The position numbers were made by a program, and so were the translations under genes. Source: Tricharina praecox (lineage: Eukaryota). Taken from it: a stretch of DNA of 64,000 bases. The notes beneath the pieces are model-generated. The model was not told the origin of the DNA, did no database searches, and was given only the letters and a program-made list of their open reading frames with translations. Positions 10,789 through 24,734 of the stretch are shown one piece after another. Location of the stretch: positions 1-64,000 of the forward strand of contig NW_026250407.1 in assembly GCF_024521635.1 (NCBI RefSeq), written 5' to 3'. The first letter of the stretch is position 1. Every line of letters starts with the position of its first letter.

Positions 10789-13261
10789 CATCTGCCCAAG
10801 TACCTATTCGTTGCCCGTTGGTTGGTCTCCTCGTCTAGCTACGGTATGGTTGGTACATATTCTACTGCAAAGAAATTCGGGTTCGAACTTCCGCCATCAG
10901 CATCCCGCCGCGCCCCGCATCTCACCGCAGCAGTACTCTGCACGCTCTAGAGTAAAGCACGCACGTCTTCGTCCGGATCCTCCCGCGACGTCCCATCATC
11001 CCTCCCCTGCCCTCCCCTCCCCAATACCCGCGATAAGTAGCTGCTCCGGACCCGCTCTCACCCCATCCAAGCCTCCCGAAGCCGCGAGCAGCGAGCCGAG
11101 TGACGGCGCATGCAGTCGCCTCACCTTCGTTCGTTCCACCGTTCCGCTGTTCCAGGCCCTGCTTTCCAGTTTCCCCGCATTCGACCTTCGGGGGCGAGCT
11201 CATTTACTCTCCTCTAGATACTAGCTGCATGCAACGCACATAAACTCTGGGGAATCCTGGTACATACATACCTCATGTACACACAGATACCAGGTAGATC
11301 CGGGGTGATAAAAGCAGGATGAGGGGAAAGTGGTATGTTTGCTGTTTGTACCAACTACCCACTGGTATATGGGCGCGACCCCAAATTTGCGCCCGCTGCT
11401 GCAAGATGTCTCATTGTCTCATGTCGTTCCGAGATGGAGGAAGAAGCAAGCAACCAAGCAACCAAGCGAGCGAGCGAATAACACGGGCCAAGCCAGGGTT
11501 AGATATCTAACTGAATGTTTGTGGTTTTGGTTTTAGTTTCTCCCTCATCTCCAGCGGGGGCGGGGGTGGGCCACAAAACATCCCCAACCGTTCCAGCCCG
11601 GCCGAGGTGTCCGCTGGCCAACCGGAATCATTCGGGGCAAGATCCAAACGATCCGATGGAGGAAGCGCTGAGCAGCTGCGCTGAGATGGTAGACTACCGT
11701 AGATACTCTATCTGCTCTAGATAGATGATGGGCGCGAGCGAGCGAGTGTGATGATCTTCCTCACACTATCTACCAGTATTTGACGCCCGTCGCTTTGTTT
11801 TTACTTTTTTCTGTCGAGTACACACCTCATAGAGTCGAGGTTCGCATAACTTCAGTTACATACTTCGGAATGTTGCAAAAGAAAGTCAAGTAAACAAAAG
11901 CATACAAACCATACATAATGTAACCCCGCAAATCAACCCCCCAAAACTCATCATACTACGAGTAGATATAGGTAACACACGGTATGTAGCGACTCCTCAC
12001 TCATCCCCTCTACCCGCCCGAGACTCGAGAGGGGGTAAATAGCATAACCCGTAATAGCTTTCCTCACGCTCGCTGCTGAGGTCGGCGGCACATCTCCCAT
12101 CTCCCATCCCATTCAACTCCAGCGATTCGCCGATTCTTGGCCGAGTCTTGGCCAATAATTCTATGCACCCCGGACCAGTCAGCCAGTCAGCTCGGCGAGC
12201 CCCCTCCCCTCCCCTCCCTTCCCCTTCTCTCGGCCCCGCGCGTCGCGTCGCGCCGCGCCCCGCCGTTTCACATCTTCCACTTCCACTTCTCCTCGCTTCG
12301 GGCTCTTCGCTCCTCGCCGACAACGAATCATGGCTTGTGAATTCCCGCCTAACGCCGCCGACGCCGCCCACCACGCCGATCGTTAACTTTCAAGTCCCCT
12401 ATCGATACTGTGGCTTGGGCTCTGCCCGTGGGGTACCGTTTAACATCGGTACTGGGATAGTTACTTTTCACCCCACGGAAAAATTATGCTGTTGTAGGTA
12501 ACTTATACCCCCCCACCCCCCACCCCATCCCCCACCACGACCACCCCACGTTCCACGTTCCACGTCCCCACGTCCCACGTCTTCTTCTTCTTCATCTTCA
12601 TGTTCCTCCGCGGATTTCCTCCCGCGCGCGCACATGGCCGACGACAGGATTCGCGAGACCGAGTGCCGTAGGTACATAACCACCCCCTGTAGGTTGTTTG
12701 AGCTTTCGCGTGGGTACTCTATGTACCTATGAGGAGGAGGAGGAGGGAGGAGGATGGATCAAGTGGGGATTAGATACGCGGGACAGCCCGCGTTCCTGCA
12801 GGTAGATCTATAGTAGAGCTGTACTCTATGTATGGAGCATACATATCTCCTCCAAGTGGGAGAATCCATCCCGCGGGGTTGGATCAGGGAGATTTGCTGT
12901 TACGATACACCAATTCCCCCCCCCCCCGTCCCCCTCGCCAGCGGCAGATATTTTCCCGCCCGTCGTCGCCGGCGGTCACTCTCGTGTATTTGTTTTCTCT
13001 CTCCCCATCCAACTAAACCCGTTATGAAACAGGAAACCAACCGGTCCCCGTCGCCAATCAGTTGGACAAAACACACGATCATTGCGGATATGGATACCGG
13101 TGGGTATGTAGTTGTAACAACGAGGCTGCTTCGTTTCGGTATCTATAGTAGGTATTGACGCCTTCCCCCCCCCCCCCCCCCCCCCCCACACACACACACG
13201 TGTGACAACAAAAAAACAAAACAAATCAACACACTCAGCACCACCAACACGGACGGAACGT

Positions 13262-14063
13262 CTATGCCTCAGCCTTCTTGGCCAATTTTACCAGGCCTTT
13301 CTCCTCGAGGTAGTCGACAATGATCTTGACGGCGTCCTCGACGCTAACCTGATCGGTGCGGATCTTGATCTCGGGGTTCTCGGGAGCCTCGTACGGGGCC
13401 GAGATGCCAGTGAAGTCCTTGATGATGCCCTGGCGCGCCTTCTTGTACAGGCCCTTGGGGTCGCGCTGTTCGGCCACCTCGATCGGGATGTCGATGTGAA
13501 CCTCGATGAAGGGGATGGGAGGGTTGGCGCTCTCGTGTAAGGCGCGGGCGGATGCGCGGTCGGCGATGTAGGGCGAGATGAAGGAGGTGATTGCGACGGT
13601 CGAGGCGTCGGCGAACAGCTTGGACACCTCTGCGATTCGTCGGATGTTCTCGTTGCGGTCCGCCTCGGAGAAGCCCAAGTCCTTGTTCAGGCCGAAACGA
13701 ACGTTGTCGCCTTGTGGGTGGAAGAAGGTTTGGGTTAGTTGCATTCAATTGCAGGCAGGGAAAGCTGAGTACATACCGTCAAGGCGGTAGGCGGTGACTC
13801 CGTTGTGGAGGAGGTGTTGCTCCAGCGCTGTGGCAACGGTAGACTTGCCCGAGGCCGACAGGCCAGTCAGCCATAGCGTCAGCCCTTGCTGGCCATTGAA
13901 GGTGTTGCGCTCAGCGCGCGTAAGGCCTTCGTGCCAGGTAATGTTTCTATGACATCGTTTAGACGGGGTTGCGCAAGCTCAGGACGGCCTGGGTTGTTTT
14001 TTGGTTTTTGTTTTCATCACCGACGAAAAGGCAACGGCGGGAGGAGAAGACTAACGTTGCCAT
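13262..14063 (-). CDS. MET14: Adenylyl-sulfate (APS) kinase; exons 14063-14056, 13946-13777, 13710-13262
   Basis: Spliced product MATNITWHEG...[13 protein letters not shown] (P-loop)...[27 protein letters not shown]...[24 protein letters not shown] introns with branch sites. Confidence 0.96.
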
Positions 14064-14156
14064 CTCGATTGAAGACTATTTTTTCCTTCTTCTTTTCTCT
14101 TTCCGTAAATCAGGCGGGGTAGGAAGGTCGAGAGCCGAGCAGCGATGCGGGGTAGA

Positions 14157-14209
14157 CTATTACTTTCATTTCAGTTACAACACGCACCAGTGGAGGGGTG
14201 AAAACTTAC
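14157..14209 (-). other. Probable 5' UTR intron of MET14 (53 nt)
   Basis: GTAAGT donor, CTGAA branch-like motif and TAG acceptor; length typical of this window's introns. Confidence 0.5.
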
Positions 14210-17200
14210 CGAACACGGGCGGTTACTCGGGGGCTAGGGAGGTGACGATGAGGTTGAGGTGAGGGGAAGAAGAGGAAGAAGTAGGAGAAGAAGTAGGAGA
14301 AGAAGCTATTCTCTTCATGATGTTTTCGAAGCTGTCGACGTATATTTTTTTTGTTTCCTTAGTCTTTGGTTGGCATCTCGCGATTGCGTGATTTCACGCT
14401 TGTTATTCGTTATACTCAGGCTAGCTCCCTTTCCCTCGTCCGTCTCCGGAGGCCGGCAAGGCTTAGTCAACGTCAAGTGAAATCCAGCCCGGGCCCGCTT
14501 GTCCGCCCTCGGCCGCCAGCGTGAGGATTGTCCGCCCGCGCTACGATTGTCCCTCGGCGCGACGGTTGCCCTCCGCGCGTACCCAACATAGTAACATAGA
14601 TACGTGACTACGCGTTTCCTCGTTGAGTCCTCCAGTCGGGTAGAGTACCTTTGTACGCCTGTGCAGTTGTGCGGTCGGATGGGACGGGGTTCTTTAGGCG
14701 TTGGGATGATCGCGAGGCTACACACTAGTAGGCGGATCTTCAACGCGATGAAGTTGACAGCACATCCCGTCCAGTTCCAGTCCGTCCAGTCCGTTCGGCC
14801 CAGCCCCACATGGGCATCAAGCAGGCAAGCGGGCGAGCCAAGCGGCTGCAGCCTCCTTCTCGGGGGAAGGGGGCTGCTTATCAGAGTTCGCTGGCGTTTT
14901 GTGGGGTAGTTAGGAGGATAAGCCCGGCCGCGTGCGTGCGGGCATGCGGGCTTGGGGATCTTGAGGGATGTGCATCCGACATGCGGAGCGAATGCATCAT
15001 GTATGTACCAAAGTACACATCACCGCCACCGCTACATACGGAATGTATGCGTGCCGCGTGCGGCTGCTGTGAAGGGGAGGCGTAAGCATAACTGAGTATC
15101 AATTCCCAGCCACGATGAATGTTCAATGGATGCTTCTCCTGCGTGATGCCGGCAGTGGTCGCTTAAACACATACTAGCACAGTTATCCGCCGTCGGATCA
15201 CCACCACCACCACCTTCACGAACGGGTCGAACAGTCAACTTTGCGACAACTGCCGACAACCAACAGCCCTCGCCGCAGCCACTGGCGCACCCGCTACACA
15301 GCAACGCGGGAAGGCTCGGGAGTTGCTATCGCTGCTGGTTCTTGTGATTGTCGTTGCTATTGGTGTTGGTGTCGCTGTTGGTTTTGCCGTTGCCGTTGCT
15401 GTTGGTGTTGGTGTTGGTATTGTTGTTCCTGTTGGTATTGTTGTTGTTATTGCCAGTCGCGTCCTCGACCACTAGCAAGCCAGTAAATGATACGTCGATT
15501 CATAAGTCGCGTCTCACCAGGTATCCGATTCGATTCGATTCGATTCGGCAACATCGATCCCTCCCTCCCTCCCTCCCGTCCGCGTCTCAGCAGCTAGATA
15601 GGAAGTTATCCAGTGCGAGTTGATTCCTTCCCCGTCCCGCACCGCACCGCATCCCCCGCAGACACAGACACCGAGATTTTCTGCCTTCATCGCATACTCG
15701 CCAATGGCCGAGTATGCGTGCGGCAATACTGTGCTGCTATATAGAGTATTCAGTTCGATGGTGCCGATGCCGATGAGTTTCACGTTGTTTTTCTTTCGAG
15801 CGCCGTATCGCTTCCCTCTACTATCGTCCTCTGTGGCGGTGTGGCTTTCTGTGGCTATGTATCTACATAATCTACCAGTATTCCCGTGTGTGGCTCGTGC
15901 GATTTGGTAGATTGTTTCTCCCGCCACATACCACTTCGTACTATGATATGAGTTACACAGGTAGAATTACTTGCCGTCCCTCTCCCTCAGGCTTCTCCCT
16001 CCCCACCTCCCCCCCCCCCCCCCCCCCCCCCCCAGCAGAGCAGAAAACGTGTTCCCAAAATCTCGGGTCTCGCTTCGAACGAGCCGTGGTCGGTAGCTAT
16101 GGTAGCTAGTCGGGACCTCGTCGGTAGTCGGCAAAAAGCCCGATTTTGACGGTGGCTGCTCGGGCGCGGCGCGGGGGGGAAGCAAGGGAGGGAGGTGGGA
16201 GGGAGGGGAGTGTGGGAGGTGTTTCGAAACTTCCATGGAATCAGGCTGATTGTTTTCGCTCTGACCGCTTTTCTTGTTTCTCTGCTTTCTCTTTCTTTCT
16301 TACATGCCTACTTGGAAGTTGGTTACCGGCGGGGCGGCAGCGTAGCGTGGGGTCTACTCCACCTGGATGGTCGAAGTTGGGGGTGGTGAAGTTTGCTTGC
16401 TCGGGATGGAAGCAATTTCCGCACGACTGGGACCGTGGGAGAGGGAAGGGAAGTTGTTTGGTAATGAACTAACGGTAATTCCTCCCGTCGACGACGGAAG
16501 GACGGGAGCACGGGAGGAGGAGGACACTGCGGGAAGAAACAAAGAAAACAAAGAAACAGTCAGCGCGGCGGCGGGGTGACGCGTCGACAGCGACAACGAA
16601 GACGTGAGGAGGCGGCCGGTAAAAGTAATAGAGTACCTACCTCATACCGCGCCGTTCTAGAGCTCTGTATCTACAGGTACTCCATCTCAATCCACTCTAT
16701 GCAGCGTCGTTGTCAATACTTTAACTACCAATTGAGATCGGGGAGATCGTAGAGTAGAGTAAGCGGCACGATCTTCTGCAGTTGCAGTTGCGCGCAGTGC
16801 AGCCGGCCGCTTAATTTCCTTTGAAGGGAAGAATGTGTGAAGGTTACCGTAGATATACACTTGTCAGCCAGATTGCAGATTGCAGGAGCGCACAGTAAAG
16901 TGCGTTTTCTCGTTCATGTATGTATCATGTACTGTGAGCTCAGCTCGAGGCTGTGTCTCTGTACGTGAATACACAGGTCCGTATGTACTCTATCGTGTAT
17001 CGACGAGTATGGTACCTTTGTAGATAAACGTAGATGTAGATGTAGATACTCGACCAACGGGTGCATATTGACTGATAAGTACTACCTATACTACTCCCGT
17101 GCTATATACATGCCTATCGTCCAGCCTGCCCTCGGGAGTCGGGAAGCTGGATAAGAAGTCTTGGACAGGATAGGATAGAACTCGTTACTCGGCTTCTTGC

Positions 17201-20200
17201 CGTCGTTTCGAGGACGATTATCATCGAGATGCGGAGACTTGGGACTCGAGCGCCTTAGGTAAGTACCCACGCCCCTCCCCCACTGGCCTAGAATGGCAGG
17301 ACCTGGGAGGAGGGGTGTTTCAATCAGCGGAACCGTAGGTACCGTACCGTCCCCGCGGTGTTGGTGTCAAACAAAAAGCAAAAAGCAGAGGTGGAGGAGG
17401 GAAGGAACCCAAACTGCCGGTTCCCTTTCTTCCTCCTCCTCCTCCACCTCTGTGGCGGTTTGTTTTGGTGCCTGCAATTTGGGGGTGGGGGATGTGGCGT
17501 CGATACTTTGGGCATGGCTGCGTACCGTGCCAGCTGGTAACCATACCTAGTACTACTCTGGTTACATCCCGGGGATTCAGTGGATAACTGCGATTTGGTT
17601 TGGTTCGCCGGGGGGTGGGGGTTGAGCTTCACTTCTTCAGTGTGGGCGCCGACACCCGGCGGCGGTGAGGAATCACTGACTGACTGTGTTCTCTTTCATG
17701 TGCTCGAGTGGACGAGTCACGACTTTCACAGACAACCCGAGCACATGTAACCGTAGAGTATCTACACATGTTTGACGGGAAGCGAAAGGACAATTCCCGT
17801 CACAAACCCGGGACTACCTAGTAAATACGAACCTCGTACATGAGCATGAGCGAGGCCGCAGATCGCGTCGACATTCCATGTGTTGCTGACTGACCATTGA
17901 AACTCGGCCTTCCCGCAGCCCTATGATGTCGATGCAGTGCATCGGTAAACCTCTCCAGCGCGCGCTCTGTCCGCGTCCCCCCGCCGACAGGATAAACACG
18001 GTGTCGTCAGAGTGAGGTGGTAAATGGATAGATACCGGTTTCCTTCCTTGACGTGAAGCATGGGAAGTTTGGGAAGTTGGGAACCGGATAACCAACCTCG
18101 AGCTCGGAAGCGAACGCTGTTGGTGCTGGTGCTGCTGGGGTGCTGGGGTGGCGGTGGGGGGGGAGGCCGAAGCTGCTGTCGGGATTGGTGGTTGAAAGGG
18201 GGCAAAAGGGCAGGCAGAAAGAGCTTTGGGCAGCTCCGGCTTACTATTTGGGCTGGGGCTGGAGAACGCCACGGTCCGGTTCGAAAGCCCCATTCCTCCT
18301 CCCACGGCCACAGCCGAGTGGAGGGAGAGAGAGAGAGAGAGAGAGATGGAGCGGGGGGGTGGCAGGTGGGTGGGTGGGCGTGGAGGAGCTGGAGGAGAGA
18401 AGAGGCTCGAGAACAGGCGGTCCCATCAAATTGGATGGCTAGCATAGCAAGTGGCTGTTCGATCTACCGGATTCCGATTCGGTTGATGTTGGATTCTCCC
18501 TCCCTCCCTCCCGATTCCGCCCCCAGCCTTTGGTTTGTGACCAACTGGTTATGGCTATGGGTTGTGGGTTGTGGGCTGCATGCCTGTTGTGTTGGAAACT
18601 CTGCTCTGCCCGACATCCTCGCCATCATCAGTTCAGCTCAGCTCAGTTGAAAGTGTGGGGCAAGCGTGGGAGTTTTCTGCCTCTCGATAGGCCGGGGGTC
18701 GGCGGGCCAATCGAGGTAGAGCAGGGCGTTCGTTGGCTCACAGCGGGCGGCGGGCTTCGAGGAAGCCTCCTCTGTTTGGCCATGTACCATACACACACGA
18801 CCACTCGCATTCTCTCGCAGCCTATCGATTGAAGGTTGAGTCAAACATTGCGGGCGGGGGGGGGGCTGTACCATACCGTATGATGATTGATCGGCTTCTG
18901 CCTGGTTTTCGTAACCCCTCGAGCTCGTGAGTCGTATTCGATTCACGAAACTAACCTCTCGCCCTCGCCTTGAGGTTAACTTTCGGCGGAGCTCATCTCA
19001 GCTTTCCCACCAGCGCGAACCTTCAGAACCAACCCGACGGTTGTACCGGGCCGTCAATCAGCCTGCTGATCGAGGACTTCCCTCCCTCATCTGGGTATGT
19101 ACCGGTACATCGATGGTTATTGGAAGGCCACGGACACAGCACTAATTATTCCCCATCCCTTGATTCGGTACGGCGGTCACGGTAACCACGTAATCTACCT
19201 GGCTGTGGAGTAGGGAGGTAGCTATCCAGTTGACTATCCCCGTACCCGGCCAGCTGTGTACATACGAGTAACTCTGGCTGGCTAACTGGCTTTCTGGATA
19301 AACAAGTGCCATACCCTACTCCGGTCTCCAGGTCTATGTATGCATCTGGCTTGGAGCTTTGGTATGTTTCGAGTGAAAGGCCCCCATGTCATACCCGCGG
19401 TCCGGTCCGGTAGAGTAACTAAGGTAGTTTGGGTACTTACCCAAGGACGAGCGGGAGGGGGGGGGTAGGAGCCCGAGAGAAATGAAATGAAGGATCGATA
19501 TGGATAAAATGAATGCGAATGGATTCGCACGAATTCCAAACGAATTCGGCCCCCGCGACGACGAGGACCGACGACGACGACGACGACGATGACTAGTATG
19601 GTAGAGTGCTAGTACGGTACATGCTCCCAGATTCCCATCATACCGAACTTCGAAGTACCTTACCGACTTGCTCTAGGGTATGGTCTCCCCTTCTTCTTCC
19701 GGGGGAGGGGGAAAGCGGCTGCTATACTCTAGCTTCCCCTTCCGCCGGGTGCCCTTCCATCTGGCCGGTGCCTTCCGAATTTCGTTCCTTCTCTCGCTCG
19801 CCTCGTCGTGGGTACCTAGGGTAGATGTGTAGTTGAGCCGAAATGTTTGTCATTCCTCGTCTGTGGTTAGGGTGGGTAGAGTAGTTTCGCCGAGATGCCT
19901 GTGATTCCTCGTCCGTGGGTAGGGAGGGTACATACTCCAGCGTATTTACGCCGAGATGCTTGTGATTCCTCAGGGCCGCCCAATGCCCACGGGGCGGTGG
20001 TCCGAATGAAGCCCCGCCGAGAGCGCAAGTTTGTTTGCTGCCCGCCGAAATATGCAGCTACGGTCTGGGTATCAGCATGTACTCGGGCAGAATTACCATG
20101 ATCATCATCATTCTGCTCCTCGCTAAGTGAGTGTATCATAGCTGCATACTTCGCATCTTCCTGCCCATACTCGGCTTTTTTCTTTCCCTTCAGGATTTTT

Positions 20201-20841
20201 GTGGAGGCCCTTAGGCACGCACGGCGCACGCACGCATGCACGTACACACATCCTTCTCGAGGCTTGACTGACCGCGCGATAGATATGCGGCGCACGCAGT
20301 AGTTGGCACCACCACCAGCACCACCACCGCCGTTCGCTGCAGCCAGCTGCCAGCCATTATTATTGTTTTCCCCCGACCTTGCAGTGCATCGAAATTCCCG
20401 ATTCGGCCATTTCCCACGGGCTTCGGATGCTCCACCCCAAATCCTCAGCCTTTGGCGAAAACCCGCCCATTCTTTTTTTATTTATTTTTACACCTTTGCG
20501 GCAGAGCGGTTCAGCTTCAAATCTTTGACAGCGAAGACAGCAGTAGTTGACCGACTACGGTAGCAGCGAATAACTGATACATACCTCATACGGCCGTGCC
20601 AGGAGCTGTAGGTTGTCAGGTAGGTGGTTATGCCCGCCCGCGCGCCGCTCGGTGGCGGTGTGTTGCAATAATAGCGGCTCCCCCCACTCTGGAGTAGCTG
20701 GACGATGGGTGCAGTATCGTCAGTGGATGAGTGAGTGAGTCGGTGAGTAGACATCATTTGCGGGTGGAATATTCCATGTATGTACAGCCAGCCATACGAC
20801 GACGATGATGATGATGGCGGCCTGTGGCCAGAGGTGGGCTT

Positions 20842-20903
20842 CAGACAGACCGACAGACCGACAGACCGACAGACCGACAGACCGACAGACAGACAGACAG
20901 ACA
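20842..20903. repeat. (CAGACCGA)/(CAGA) compound microsatellite
   Basis: Seen directly. Confidence 0.9.
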
Positions 20904-22334
20904 ACTGTCATTTCGGCATCGTATCAATCGGACGTTAGCATCGCGATCGTGAATCCGGCTCTTGCACGTTGGTATCCGCGGCGGCTCTCTACTGGCCCAT
21001 CTGCGACGAGCGACCGTGATTGACTGTCGGCCGCGTCGTCCAGTTGTACACCACATACATAGTTTGAGTACATATCTACTTGGAGATATCTCGTATGTGC
21101 TCTACTGCGAAACACTTTGCTTCAGCCACTTTGCGTGCTGCTGTCGGTAACTGCGTAGTGTATCTCGTATTCTATTCTCCACACGCGACAATCAATCGGG
21201 GGTTCTTGCGGAGTATCTATCTATCTCCATCTGTTCGGTTCGCGGGCGTTTCTTCGTCACTGCCCGCCTGCGGGCCCTCCTTCCTGTCTGCCTGCCTGCC
21301 CTGCCCTGCCTGAGGACTCACACAATTGCTCACGTAGGTACTCTGGAGGAAGTACCTACAGCGGCCAGCCAGCCAGCCAGCCAGCCAGACCCTCTTCTCC
21401 CCGACGTCCGTAGTGGTTATGGCCTCTCCGCATCCACACACCATCCATCCATCCACCGCACCCACACCGGCACCGCTATCCTCGCCCACTCACCCACACC
21501 CGCATTCGTCTGGAATAGTAGGGCGCTACTAGTCACAGACCAACTATTCCGGAGATTCCCTCTCGCGCTTCCTAGGCCCTTTGCTTTTTCCCCCCGAAAA
21601 CACCCATTTCGACGTAACAGCGCGGGGGGACCAGGACCCAACCCTCCCACCCCCCATATCCATCCCCCCATTACCCTTTACCCCCAATACCCTTACCCCT
21701 AACCCACCCCCCCCATGGCCCGGACTCTAGTCGGCGTAACACCAACAACAACAACACACACAGACTCCCACACAGACTCCCAACTCCCACTCACCCGCAC
21801 GGCAGTACCATTCCCACGCTACGCCTAACTGCAACCCCTCAACGCCTAATCCCCCCCCAGTCGACTGCCTCACCTCCCATCCAGATATAACACCACACCC
21901 GCTCCCTCCAAAAAGATCTTACCCATTCAGCTTCAACTTCAACAACAACTCACTACTACAACCTACTATCACCACTACTACATCATCACCACCTCGAACC
22001 GTGGTAAGCTCAGCGCACATTGGCCTTACAAACAACATCGCCCCGTGGAGCAACAGCTGCATTCAAAAATCACCCAACACACACTTTAAGCTTCGAATGC
22101 CTCATAGACACCAGAAGCTTCCACAGAATCGTCCCAGCGAATTCAAATATCTTCTCACTCGACCGAACGAATACACTTGACCCCCATCCCACCCACCCGG
22201 TCCACAACATCCTTACCTTGAACATCCACACTCAACTATAACAACACCGCCTCTCCCACCTCAACTACCACCGCCACTCCAACTTTAACCACCACTACCA
22301 CCTCAACCACACACAACCCCAACCAACATCCAAC

Positions 22335-23321
22335 ATGAAGTTCCTTGATTCGGTATTCAACGCTTTCCTCTCGAGGGAACAGCGCGAGCGCGTCTCCCAG
22401 AACAAGTGGGACAAGTCGATCGCCGCCGCCGCCGCCGAGCTCTGCCTCGAGAGCAACTCCAAGAAGTCGATCATCTCGACTCCTCGATACGCTCCCGCGC
22501 TCATCACCGACATTCCTACCTCGCAGCCCATGACTCCGAGTCTGTCGTCCTCCTCCTCCACTACCACTGCGTCGAGCACCAGCTCGCCCACCCGATCGCG
22601 ACCTTCGACCTCGTACTCGACCTCGCCTCGTCCCGAGTTCCGCCGCCACACATCAATCACCCGCCAGCCCATCAACTACGACAACCTGATGACCGCTACC
22701 CCGGCGCCCAAGAAGGCTTCGCGCCGCGCCAGCAACGAGGCGGCTCCCTCGAGCCACCAGCTGCTCTACCCTCTCCCACCTCTGGGACCCATGGAGGGCA
22801 TCGGCAAGTACAGGCGCTCGGTCGACGTCACCGACGAGTACCTTTCCATGCTCCAGCGCAACACCCTGGCCGCGCTGCAGCCTCTCATCGCCGAGGACGA
22901 CCGTGTCTCGCGCTTCAAGCGTGACACCACCACTCCTCCTCGCGCTTACAGTGTGTCGCCACCCATGGAGCGACAGCTGGCCATGCAGCGGGATCTCGAG
23001 AAGTGGGCTGGAGAGCTCGAGGAGGCCGGCATCGCCCACCCCATCCTCGAGGAGTTTGAGGATCTGCCCAGCGAGAGCGAGATCGCCGTCAAGAACAACA
23101 GTCGCCCGGTACGCGTGGCCTCCAAGCGGAGGGCGCACGCAGGAAGCAGGGAGCGCAGCAAGGGAGGAGCCAAGAGGGCCTCCGGACAGAGGCAAGGACC
23201 TCAGGCACAGGGAGGTATCAGCCGTGGAGTCAAGGGAAAGCAGGGTGGATACAAGTCTCGCGCCAAGAAGGAGATGGAGATGAGCGCCAGCATGGAAACT
23301 CTCGTCTCTGGCGAGGAGTAA
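22335..23321 (+). CDS. Uncharacterised intronless 328-aa protein, Ser/Thr-rich and largely disordered, basic C-terminus
   Basis: Long ORF with strong C/G-ending codon bias, good start context (AACATG), C/A-rich leader and T-rich 3' flank; no family recognised. Confidence 0.8.
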   Translation: MKFLDSVFNAFLSREQRERVSQNKWDKSIAAAAAELCLESNSKKSIISTPRYAPALITDIPTSQPMTPSLSSSSSTTTASSTSSPTRSRPSTSYSTSPRPEFRRHTSITRQPINYDNLMTATPAPKKASRRASNEAAPSSHQLLYPLPPLGPMEGIGKYRRSVDVTDEYLSMLQRNTLAALQPLIAEDDRVSRFKRDTTTPPRAYSVSPPMERQLAMQRDLEKWAGELEEAGIAHPILEEFEDLPSESEIAVKNNSRPVRVASKRRAHAGSRERSKGGAKRASGQRQGPQAQGGISRGVKGKQGGYKSRAKKEMEMSASMETLVSGEE

Positions 23322-24604
23322 ACAGGATCTTCTCATTTGTTCCTTTTCTTCTATTTCTTTTTGTTCTTTCTTTTCCGTCTTCTTCCATTTGTCTTATTCT
23401 TCAGCGAGGAGTTTTGGGGGGTAGCGACTGTATTTTTGACTTTCATTTGTCCATGGGTATCACTGACGACCACGATTTTCCTTTGTCTACGATTTTCTTA
23501 TGTCTTGTCTGCATATGGCACGGTCTCGGATTGGTTTGGGGGCATCTTTTACTTTGGAGTTTGTTTTTTTTCTTCTTTCTTTTCCTTGCTTCCAATTCTA
23601 GCGGGTGTTACTTTGGTTTCTACGTTTTCTTCATTGTCATTACTTGTACTACAACCTATTATTGTGTATTATCTGGGGGGAAGGGGGGCGAGGAGAACCC
23701 ACTGCATTTTGGAAACAGATGGACTCGGCGGGATGAAGGCAATTGGTGGAGGAGGATACGGGGTAGTGGGGGGGGAGGGGGGGCGGGCGCAGGGAGAGGT
23801 TTAGGATAGCAAAGAAAGGGAAATATGATTATTCCACACACACACACACACACATCTTTTTCCATCTGTTTGCAAAACTGTGACGAACTCTGCTTTGAGA
23901 TTTCTCCCCATCGATCGCGCGAGCAACTTGCTTACTTTTTTCTTACTTTTTTACTTTTTTCACTTTCTAGAACCGTTTTGAGTGTGGACCCTTCTTCTTC
24001 TTCAGACTCTGGAGTCTGGAGTATGTGTGAGGGGAAGCGAAGAAAAAAAAACCGACTGCACACTGCACTGCATGCACCGGCTGGTACCTTAGCTCTCACC
24101 CACCGTCCATCTATCCATCCAACGGACACATTTGCGATTTTACGATTTGCGATTTGCGATTTGCGATTGTCATTGTGATTGATTGTCATTGTGATTGTGA
24201 GGCTGTTGTGACGGCTGTTGTAACATGTGACGGCTGTTTGATCTCTTGCTTTCTTTCTTTTCTTTTCTTTTCTTTTCTTTTCTTTTCTTTTCTTTCTTTC
24301 TTTCTTTCTTTCAACAGTTTGTGTGCATACTTTGATGTGTGTGAGCGTGTGTGAGTGTAGGTGAGTGTCAGTGAGTGTAAGTGAGTGAGTGTCTGGCCTG
24401 TTCCATTCCTGCCCTTTCCAACAACTGCGATTGTTGCTACTCTACATACGATTGCAACGATTGCAACGATTTGCAAGTTGCAACAAGTCTGTCTGGCAGC
24501 TGCCAACGGGGTTTGGTTGGTTCAGCTCAAGGTATCATAACAGGTTGGCTCACTCAAGATAGGTTGGTTGGTGTGAGTATCAATCGTGAAATTGCACAAT
24601 GCCC

Positions 24605-24734
24605 GTCAAGTCAAGTCAAGTCAAGTCAAGTCAAGTCAGCACAATGCAGTGCCAGTGCCAGTGCCAGTGCCAGCCCAGTGCCAGTGCCAGTGCCAGCCCA
24701 GTGCCAGTGCCAGTGCCAGCCCAGTGCCAGTGCC
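24605..24734. repeat. (GTCAA)n and (CAGTGC)n adjacent microsatellites
   Basis: Seen directly. Confidence 0.9.

Noticed and set aside
7437..13200. Numerous 60-237 aa ORFs (e.g. 7437..8033, 10511..11224)
   Set aside because: No codon bias or recognisable motifs; they run through microsatellites.
22653..23336. 227-aa antisense ORF (also 39598..40647 and 56590..57888)
   Set aside because: Shadow frames produced by codon bias of the real genes on the opposite strand.
23337..23804. Hydrophobic 155-aa ORF resembling a membrane protein
   Set aside because: TTG start; Phe/Leu richness simply reflects the T-rich 3' UTR.
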